From an uncultured Nitrososphaerales archaeon (GTDB taxonomy: Archaea; Thermoproteota; Nitrososphaeria; Nitrososphaerales; Nitrososphaeraceae), in NCBI GenBank assembly GCA_963713605.1, contig CAVQMO010000010.1, forward strand, positions 320,001 to 384,000: 64,000 bases of DNA. The letters are read 5' to 3'. The first letter of the stretch is position 1. Each line of letters begins with the position of its first letter. Of this stretch, positions 11,754 through 20,378 are shown piece after piece. The notes beneath the pieces were generated by a model. The model was not told the origin of the DNA, did not search any database, and saw only the letters and a program-made list of their open reading frames with translations. Both the position numbers and the translations under genes were made by a program.

Positions 11754-12320
11754 TTGTGTATGAGTGATAAATCTGAACTACTCTCTGTGGTATATGATGC
11801 TATAAATGAGATTGGTAAACACAAGATCCGGTCGGGTGTAATTTCAAATATAAAAATCGCCGATGAGTACATGCAACACATCTTCAAAAGATCATCCGAA
11901 CAATTCGGCAAGAAACTGGACAGCAATTCATTGATTGCGATGTATGAGGTATTACTGCACTTTATGCTAACAGCATGCACTATCCCCTCCCAGAGAAAGG
12001 TCAAAATTTCACATCTTACCATTGACCTCGTTATACCTAATCTTCATACATTATCAAAAAGTCCTAGTGATGCGATACTTGTACAGTTTATCCGGAGTGA
12101 AAAAGATATGACAACAATCGATGAGCTACTCTCCTTACTTAATCTCAATACTGAAGATCTGAATATGTGGTTGATTACGACCTTTGATTTGCAAGTTGAG
12201 GGTACGACTCGCGTTATCAACTTGAGCGCTTCGAAGATTGATCGTTCACATATTATCAGTGATATTGATACTTTTTTGAAGGAGAGAAGGGATAAAAGCT
12301 TCAGACTGGTACACTTTTAA
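11754..12320 (+). CDS. Hypothetical protein, possibly PD-(D/E)xK-like fold
   Basis: 188-aa ORF; PSQRKV...IDLVIP pattern; fold is a guess. Confidence 0.55.
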   Translation: MCMSDKSELLSVVYDAINEIGKHKIRSGVISNIKIADEYMQHIFKRSSEQFGKKLDSNSLIAMYEVLLHFMLTACTIPSQRKVKISHLTIDLVIPNLHTLSKSPSDAILVQFIRSEKDMTTIDELLSLLNLNTEDLNMWLITTFDLQVEGTTRVINLSASKIDRSHIISDIDTFLKERRDKSFRLVHF

Positions 12321-12603
12321 TCTATGAGATTGGATGGCTTAAGTAATTCAAGTGGCTAAATGATGAGTATGCTATACAATATTTAATTAGCGTACATCCT
12401 ATAATTGAGGAATAGTCAAAATACTTCGAAATTTTATACGCCGCCGAATCAACGATTTTTGATGCTCGTATCCTAAGTAACACTTTTCTTCTATAGGTTA
12501 TCTATCCTCAATAAGTATACCATTAAAAGCAGATTTATTTCCAAGTAGTTACTTAAAATTTACCTAAATACTTGTATTCATTTCTAATACTGGACATAGA
12601 AAA

Positions 12604-12871
12604 ATGAAAAACAGGGATAGAGCGGAAATAAATGCGATGATCCTTGACATTGCAAGCCACGGTAGAGTTACCAAGACAAAGATTATGTATAGAGCGTACT
12701 TATCATATAACAAGCTCGAAGAATATTTAACCGATCTGGGGGAAAGTGAGCTATTGGAATATGAAGTTGGAGCTCAAACTTATGCGTACTACGGAAAAAG
12801 GAAAACGCTACCTAGAGATACATAATAGAATGAATGAACTGATCTCAATCAATAGAGAAACAGTATATTGA
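12604..12871 (+). CDS. Small winged-helix regulator (HTH_45-like), frameshift near 12785
   Basis: RDRAEINAMIL...TKTKIMYRAYLSY..LEEYL; shifted frame continues RTTEKGKRYLEIHNRMNEL to TGA at 12869-12871. Confidence 0.8.
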
Positions 12872-12980
12872 ATCTAAGTATGTAAAATATTTTAGCTAGT
12901 AAGGGAATTGGGAAGACAATCGCTGGCAATAAGACGTAATATAACGCTGAGATCTAATGACTTTATTATGCAAAATGGAC

Positions 12981-13988
12981 TTATTCGTGTGGTAGAATAA
13001 ATTGGATTACCATACTTACTATATACATTGACAATAACATCATACCAGTATTCAATCCTATTTCTTTTTTGAACATTGGTATTAAGGCTATTATCGTAAC
13101 TACCGTCACAAGTACCACTTGAAATGCGAGTATTGGGGTTAACTCAATCACAGTAAAAAATCCTGCATGGTACATTGCTCCAAAAACCGCTACTGCAAGA
13201 AGCAACGTATTGTTTAGAATTTTAGATCCCAACACGTTGGCTATTGCAATGGATACACCTAATGCACCCTTTCTTGCAAGTATCATCAAAGATATTTTCT
13301 CAGGCATTTCTCCAGCAATAGGACTAATTACTACTGCAAGAATTATCGCAGAAACCCCTATATCCACTGAAAAGCCTTCAAGTGAATGGATGAATGGACC
13401 GGCACCTACTATGATTCCAATCGTTCCTGCTGCAAATACCAATACAGATCTTAAGGAATGCTCTCCTAATCTCGCAGTGGCACCACTATTCCCGGTATCA
13501 TCTTGCTTTTCCTTAATTGAATCCTTCCTGCTAGCTTTTCTTTCTGATCTCATCTCAAACAGGGCCACTATAAGATACGCAATGAAGAATCCTATGAAGA
13601 TCAAACCGTCCAAGAAATTATATCCATCAATGAATAGAAGTGCACTCACAATAGCGGTGACAAGCAGAAAAATCTTGTCCAGTTTGAAAGTACTGACATT
13701 GATTCCTTTTAATGGAGATTTGGATATGCGGGTTGTTGCAATAATTAGCATAAGTGACAACCCCAACGTCATCATCAATAGATTACTTCCTAATCCTGCT
13801 CCTATGGCTACTCCGTATGATCCGGCTAGCAGCAGCATAAATAACGATTGCAATTTCAGGGAGGGTCGTTGCCACACTCAAGATCGTCCTCCCCACAAAC
13901 TTAGCACCGTACCTCAGCTGAAAGATGTTCAGCCCCATAGGAGAGAGCCCAGCTTGCCGGCGATTAATTCTGCTAACCAAATGACCAT
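12981..13988 (-). CDS. Sodium:calcium antiporter (CaCA family), frameshifts in the N-terminal part
   Basis: Alpha repeats LSVATTLPEIA...GSNL and ISPIAGEMPEKI...ANVLGSKILN; start MVIWLAELI at 13988. Confidence 0.8.
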
Positions 13989-14470
13989 CGACGTTAGATT
14001 TTCGGAACTCAAAATAAGGCTGCTATCTGACTTGAGTGTTAATATTAATGTAATGTATTGATTTCTTGTTTCATATGTGCAGGCATTGCCTAGATACCTA
14101 TGATTGCAACGATGAGCCTAAATAATGCAACAGATGTAGTCTAGTGTTTCATATCTAATGTACCGAATTATTGTGCATTGTTCATCTCGAATGAATTATT
14201 TGAGCTGGGATACTTATCTACCTAGTGCGAACCACGCAAGTACCACATGATTACCACATTAAGTAACAGAACATTGCCCAGGGAGCTTCGCTCTTAAGCC
14301 CTTAGGTCAATCTCAAGGAAGACACTGAACATGGCAATTTTTTGCTCGGTGCTAGTGGTCAGTGACTTAAACTTCAAATTACAACTCTTGCACACACACG
14401 CATATTTCATGCCAAAATCGACCTGCTACTGTCTAACCTTTTTATTACCTAAAGGCATAAAGTGCCATAT

Positions 14471-15638
14471 ATGCCAAATAAGGTTTGCGTCCTCGGTGCA
14501 GGTAGTACGAAATATGGCAAGCTAAATGAAAGCGTTGTAGAATTAGCGTTAGATGCCTCAAAGGATGCTATCACTTCTGCCGGTATAACCCCCAAGGAGA
14601 TACAGTCAGGTTACATTTCAAATGTCTTTGGAGTCTCTGATAAGCAGGTCCATATGGCACCTGTTATAATGAGCAACCTAGGCATTCCTTATACTCCAGG
14701 CTTAACCATAGAATCAGCATGTGGATCAGGCTCGGTAATGGTAAGAGAAGCATATGCGAATGTTGCTGCAGGTTTTTATGACTGTGTCTTGGCGGTAGGT
14801 GTTGAAAAAATCACTCAGGTGGGAACAGTTCAGAGTCACTACACTTTTTTCATATTGTTCGGATTTCTTTTATGAGGGAGGAAATGGAGTCTTCTTTCCC
14901 CGGGCTTTTCGCATCTATCGCGAGGGCTTATCTTACTAGGTACAAGGCAACAGAGGAGGATTTAGCTTATGTAGCGGTCAAGAATCATGAGAATGGGTTA
15001 CTAAACCCCAAAGCACATGTTCGCAAAAAAATAACGATTGAAGATGTAATGCGATCTCCTGTTGTAGCTTCTCCACTAAAGCTTTACGATTGTTGTCCAT
15101 TCTCCGATGGTGCTTCTGCACTAATTCTTTGTAGCGAGGAATTTGCGAAGAAAAAGGGCGGAAGCTATATAGAAATAATCGGCTCTGGCCGTGGTGCATC
15201 CCCAGGCTGCCGGTACAATCTCGTGAGGATATCACGACTATTCCAGAGTACCGTCAATGCTCCACGACAGGCGTATGAGATGGCAAAGATAACACCCAAA
15301 GATGTAGATTTTGCCGAAGTTCATGATTGCTTTACCATTGCCGAAGTCATAGATACTGAGGAATCTGGGCTTCTTCAAGAAAGGAGAAGCTGCAAGTGCG
15401 ATAAGGTCTGGCGCAACCAAGAGGAATGGAGAGATTCCAATTAATCCATCAGGAGGATTAAAATCCAAAGGTCATCCGATTGGAGCTACAGGGGTAGGTC
15501 AAGTTGTTGAAGTTTTCGAACAATTTACAGGAAAGGCAGGAGACCGGACAATACATGACGCAGAGATTGCAGTTACTCATAACTTCGGTGCTACTGGGGC
15601 AAGCGCGGGCTGTACACGTTTTCAAGAAAGTTAAATGA
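14471..15638 (+). CDS. Archaeal acetoacetyl-CoA thiolase family protein, several frameshifts
   Basis: [38 protein letters not shown], and in a shifted frame [18 protein letters not shown]...HNFG. Confidence 0.9.
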
Positions 15639-15645
15639 GACTAAT

Positions 15646-16044
15646 TTGTCTGAGTCAAGAGACCCAAAACAGATCATGAACAGGAGAAGCAGGTTCATAG
15701 AAGCAGCTAGTCGTGGAAAGATTCTGGCAAATAAATGCGCAAAATGCAGTTATTCCTCTCTTGAAACAACATATTTCTGTGAAAAGTGCTCATCTGATGT
15801 ATTTACCACAGAGGAATACGAGGGGGTGGGTAATGTAGTTACGTTCACAATTCAATCTGTCGCCCCAGAAGGATTTACTGACGCGGGCTTGTATGCATGG
15901 GTCGTTTTTAGAGTCGATGGGACTCCTTTCAATGTATCCGGATTTCTAAATGATATTCGTGCGCCTTCAGATTTACCAATTGGCTCAAAAGTACAAGTGA
16001 CTGGTTTTGATGAGAAACATGGGTTGCTTTTGAAGCGTGTTTGA
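15646..16044 (+). CDS. DUF35-type Zn-ribbon/OB-fold thiolase partner
   Basis: KCAKC-x9-FCEKC then GNVVTFT OB fold; immediately after the thiolase. Confidence 0.85.
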   Translation: MSESRDPKQIMNRRSRFIEAASRGKILANKCAKCSYSSLETTYFCEKCSSDVFTTEEYEGVGNVVTFTIQSVAPEGFTDAGLYAWVVFRVDGTPFNVSGFLNDIRAPSDLPIGSKVQVTGFDEKHGLLLKRV

Positions 16045-16217
16045 TATGTTGTAGAACCACCACCCACCACCATCTTGTTCAGAATCCATCTGCCGGTTGA
16101 TCACGAAAGGCTACTGCAATTTGTCAGGTTGGCCTAGGACAGGAAATCCTATAGCTTAGCTTAAACAAATTTGAAGGTATATAGAATTTAACATTTGTTT
16201 TTACATCACATTTTATA

Positions 16218-16868
16218 ATGTATTTGCGACAGATGGAACAGCAGCGTCAGCGATTCAGTGGAGAGATTACAAATGCAAGTGCCGTCGTAAATACCCAACT
16301 TTCAAAGCTGACTATGCTGGAAAGAAAATTCTCGAATATGGATGATAAATTCAGCACTGAAATATCCAATCTTATGAAGAATGGTAACAACACGCGGGCA
16401 AAAGCACTTGCAAATGAACTAGTGAACATTCGACGAATGAAGAATATAACTCGAAACATGAACCTTACCCTAGAGATGTTAGTAATCAGGTTTAGCACTC
16501 TCAAAGATTTTGGAATGATTATGGACACTATTGAACCTACAGTAGATATGATAAAGAATATTCAGCTTGATATATCAGCCATAGTGCCTGCCGCAAATGG
16601 AGTATTGTCCGAAATGTCTGAGGTTTCAGCAGAGGTTCTAAATGAAAGCACGAAAATAGATGGAAACTATTCCATTCCAACTAGTGTAGATTCAGATGCA
16701 TTGGATATTCTAACTGAAGTCGAATCAATAATGGAACTGGACGCTAAAACGAAATTACCTGAAATACCTACAGAGATAGACGAGAGAATAGTCCATTCCT
16801 CCGATAACATAAAGATGAGGAGGTTATTAAAGGAAAATCAGGGTACTGGTCGAAACTTAAATAAATAG
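16218..16868 (+). CDS. ESCRT-III (Snf7/CdvB paralog); true end probably 16860 (QVLVET)
   Basis: QLSKL...RAKALANELVNIRRM...LEMLVIRFSTLKDFG helical hairpin; DALDILTEVESIME..AKTKLPEIP. Confidence 0.8.
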   Translation: MYLRQMEQQRQRFSGEITNASAVVNTQLSKLTMLERKFSNMDDKFSTEISNLMKNGNNTRAKALANELVNIRRMKNITRNMNLTLEMLVIRFSTLKDFGMIMDTIEPTVDMIKNIQLDISAIVPAANGVLSEMSEVSAEVLNESTKIDGNYSIPTSVDSDALDILTEVESIMELDAKTKLPEIPTEIDERIVHSSDNIKMRRLLKENQGTGRNLNK

Positions 16869-16954
16869 CAGAAGTTGAGGTAGGCCATATTATATCGATA
16901 GTAAAATATAATTTACAAAGTAGTTTTAATTGTCTAGGCTGAATATCGGGTGCA

Positions 16955-19075
16955 ATGGAACAGTTGAGTCATGATTACTCATTTCAAACAGAGAACAAAA
17001 GGTATGGAATTCTCGAATCCGCCTCAAAACGAGTGCGGATAATCTTTTCTGTTATGGCCAGTCCTAACAGAATCGATATTCTTAGAATATTAAATTCAAA
17101 GGGGCCACTTACCTACTCTGAATTGAAATCACTTGCCGGGTTCAAATCGAAAAAAGAATCTGGGAAATTTGCTTATCACTTAAGGAAACTGCTTAGGCAG
17201 TCGTTAGTTGCTTTGAATAAAGGAGAACGAAGGTATACAATAACTAACTTGGGGAAATTAGTCTTGAGCCTTGCAAGACAAATTGAAGAAAGGTCAATAG
17301 TTGAAAGTGGCAAAATGTACAGTTAGGACAAGCCATAATTCTATTGAAGAGTTTAATTCCCACAAGATAATCCAATCTATCGTTAGGGAGGCAGGAATGC
17401 CCTTAGAGCAAGCGCAGAAAATCACCGAAGAAGTGGAGAACAAGATCTACAAGTTCCAGGCTGCTTATCTTACATCTTCTCTGGTTCGAGAAACAGTCAA
17501 TTCCGTGCTTATAGAACATGGCTACGAAGAGTATCGGAGTAGGATGACCAGATTAGGCATGCCTAGTTCTGATGTTCTTGATCTGGTAAACAATGCGGAA
17601 GGAATTACGAATGGAATCGAGGGAGTTATCAATAACGCTTCCATGTCAGTGTTTTCGGAGCATCTATTATTGAATTCTCTGCCCAAGGACATTTCAGATA
17701 TGCATCTAAGTGGCGAGCTAAACATCTCAAATCCTGGAGTATGGGGTATAGTTCCTGATGTAGCATTCCTAAACATCAATGAATTTTCTGAAGGATTACA
17801 AAACTTAAACGGCAAGTTTTTTAACGTATCAAGGATTCGCTTCGATGAAAAGTCCAAATTCGCGGCAGCATTGCAATTACTTTTGGCTATGATGAGCAGA
17901 GAGGCATCATCGGAGGTAGTGCTTGAAGGCATCACAGATTTTATCTTGAATGACACCTTGGATCGTGAGGACATTGCCTCATCTTTTGCGAAGTCTCTTA
18001 TCTCATCATCTGCTACAAGTTCCTATTCCGAAGGTCGACCTTCTTTTACGATTCTATTACCTAGGAGTACTCTTGATAAAAAAACACTTGAGGCCTTACT
18101 TGAGGGCTACACAAAGTATACTGACTTAACTCCATTGCCAAGGGTTGGTCTGGCATTAAATTACAGTGAAGATTCCAATACGTTTGAAGAAGACTCTCAG
18201 ATGATATCGTCTGTAGCCAGGTCCGGAGGTAGGATAGCCATCGTGCAAAATGGAAAGCGGACGAGCAATGGCATTCGAAAATCATTGGACGGTAAGGATA
18301 CACGGAGTGTTGCATCTTTACAGTCAATGTCGATTAATCTTCCTAGGCTCGCATATCAGTCAAATAAGGATGAAACATATTTCAGAGCAAAACTCGCGCT
18401 AGCAATAAAACCCGCATTGGAGGCGATGTACATTAGAAAGAAGAATATCTTGAATGCAATAAGAAAGGGGTTATATCCAGTCATGGGAAGTGCTAATTTT
18501 GAACATTTCGGCACAACTAATATAATTCTCAATCTCACCGGAGTAAGGGAATCAGTATATGATATTTTAGGTTATAATCACAATTCCGCCGGAGATGAAG
18601 TCCTGAGAAAAGTACCTGAAGACTGCAGGTGATGTAGCTTTTAGATCATGGCAGGCAAATGGATAGTGAATCGGTAGGTGTCTCAATGATAGATGACGAC
18701 AGTAGCACAAGGTTTTCAATCTTGGATTCAGAAAAATATGGCAAGACTCTCCTATCTACTAGGGACGAGTCAACTAAACACTACTCGCAAGGGATTACTG
18801 TGAACGGAAAGGAACTTTTGTTACAACCTCAAAAAGTATTAGAGGAATGTATATCCATTGATAGTCTCCTAAGGGGTGGATTGTCTACGTCAATAGACCT
18901 AACTGATATTACGGCACAGGATGAATTGAATAAGGCAATAGCCGTCAGCACTGGACTCACATTCTTCCGGCCATTTGTGCGAACCGTGATATGTAGAGGG
19001 TGCAGCAGACGCTATGTTGGGTCAGATGTTAATAAATGCGAGACTTGTGGATCGGTATATTTAACGGTAGGTTGA
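16955..19075 (+). CDS. ArsR-like wHTH + ATP-cone + degenerate class III ribonucleotide reductase (NrdD)-like fusion; split by two indels
   Basis: SPNRIDILRIL...LTYSELK...FAYHLRKL (wHTH); VRTSHNSIEEFNSHKIIQSI (ATP-cone); LPKDISDMHLSGEL, SINLPRLAY, HYSQG and C-terminal CxxC..CxxC (NrdD-like). Confidence 0.8.
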
Positions 19076-19453
19076 CTTGCCGTCAATGGGTAATAGTACC
19101 ATCTGCATATTCCGCCTCCTGCCAACAGTAGAACGCAATAGCGCAACGACGGTGAAATAATCTTAGATTCCCAATGATAACGGAGAGTTAAATAATTGGT
19201 AATTGAAGCAGTTCCTAGACTATCTTTCGGATCATTTCAAATTGTATAAGTCTGAAAAGGGATAGTTAATTCAAAGCAATACTTTAAGGTCGTCTGTCCG
19301 TCTAAAATGTGAAAGTTAATCAATTCAAGGAACCTAAACTTGCCGGCAATCGTATCTGCCATGCCTGCCTAGGCTGGTAATTTATGAAAACCTAGTAGGC
19401 TAGTATCATTTGCTTCTAATCGGAAAGAACATACACATCAATCAGTTTACTTT

Positions 19454-19465
19454 AAAAGAAAAAAA
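19454..19465 (-). terminator. Oligo-T terminator of amoC
   Basis: TTTTTTTCTTTT on the minus strand about 40 nt after the stop. Confidence 0.45.
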
Positions 19466-19501
19466 GAGTGTATGTATAATATTTGTTTTGTTTTGTTGTT
19501 A

Positions 19502-20065
19502 TTATGGGATTGATCTGCTGTACAGCTTTCCTTCTAATGCTAGTTTGTACATCTCTGCTACGTACGGGTTCTTGGCTGGTGTTTCAGCTCCAAGTTCGAC
19601 CAATCGTGCATATACCCTTACGACATATGCTAGAGCGCCCATGAAAGCTACGACAACTCCCATGTTAAACATCCAGTGGTTTGGAACTGAAAATATTTCT
19701 TCTACAAACCAAAAGTGCCACATCTCATTGATACCTATGGTAAACATGGTTGCCAAATATCCAAGAATGGTCATCTTTAGACCAGTATTCATGGAGTTAT
19801 TTGGTCCTCTTAGAATAGGTACTTTTCTGTCATACATTGCTACAAATCCCCAACCTAGAGGAAGTGCAATGAAGTGACTGTATAGCCACCAATGAGCTGG
19901 TGTGAATGCACTATCTCTGATAGCAGTCTGATGCAATGATCCATCTACAAAGTTATCTACTTCTACTGATGCTGCAATTGATCCTAGCATTATAACCATT
20001 ATGTATATTTTCTTTAGTCTCTGTATCTCTACTTCTTTTGGTATCAGCGCGGGCATCTGTGCCAT
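19502..20065 (-). CDS. amoC: Archaeal ammonia monooxygenase subunit C (187 aa)
   Basis: MAQMPALIPKEVEIQRLKK, EVDNFVDGSLHQ, DSAFTPAHWWLYSHF, NEMWHFWFVEEIFSVPNHW. Confidence 0.98.
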   Translation of the reverse strand: MAQMPALIPKEVEIQRLKKIYIMVIMLGSIAASVEVDNFVDGSLHQTAIRDSAFTPAHWWLYSHFIALPLGWGFVAMYDRKVPILRGPNNSMNTGLKMTILGYLATMFTIGINEMWHFWFVEEIFSVPNHWMFNMGVVVAFMGALAYVVRVYARLVELGAETPAKNPYVAEMYKLALEGKLYSRSIP

Positions 20066-20097
20066 TATGTTCTTCACTAATGAAGATGCATCAGATC

Positions 20098-20105
20098 TAT
20101 ATTAA
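20098..20105 (-). promoter_or_regulatory. TATA box of amoC
   Basis: TTAATATA on the minus strand 33 nt upstream of the ATG. Confidence 0.5.
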
Positions 20106-20231
20106 GTTGTGAGTATCAAAATCACATTCTTTTATGAGTGTTTAATAGCAATATAGCTAATATTTTATACGATATACATGTAATTATACTATTTGCATGA
20201 TTTATTATATCTATATGTAGATGAGCAGTAA

Positions 20232-20255
20232 TGATTAGCGTAAGTGATTAGCGTA
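20232..20255. repeat. Tandem 11-bp direct repeat TGATTAGCGTA in the amoC/nrdJ divergent intergenic region
   Basis: Copies at 20232-20242 and 20245-20255. Confidence 0.7.
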
Positions 20256-20378
20256 TGCATTTCTATTTTGGACGCCTTACATATTGATATATGCTCGAGG
20301 AGCGAAAAACCGTGTATAGCACAATTTTTCAGCAAGCTAATATTTTTAAAGCAAAGGAAAACTAATGTATAGATTGGA

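Noticed and set aside
13210..14061. 283-aa plus-strand ORF
   Set aside because: Antisense shadow of the Na/Ca antiporter; similar shadows over MFS, nrdJ, cdc48 and marC were also ignored
14060..14460. Riboswitch (fluoride-type) or RNA gene upstream of the antiporter
   Set aside because: No consensus elements recognised on either strand
14471..15638. Programmed frameshifting in the thiolase and other split genes
   Set aside because: Several indels per gene, no shared slippery motif, and found across unrelated genes; sequencing error is simpler
16955..19075. Functional anaerobic ribonucleotide reductase (nrdD)
   Set aside because: No C-terminal glycyl-radical motif, finger-loop Cys apparently replaced, and no nrdG in the window
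19410..19877. 155-aa plus-strand ORF
   Set aside because: Antisense shadow of amoC
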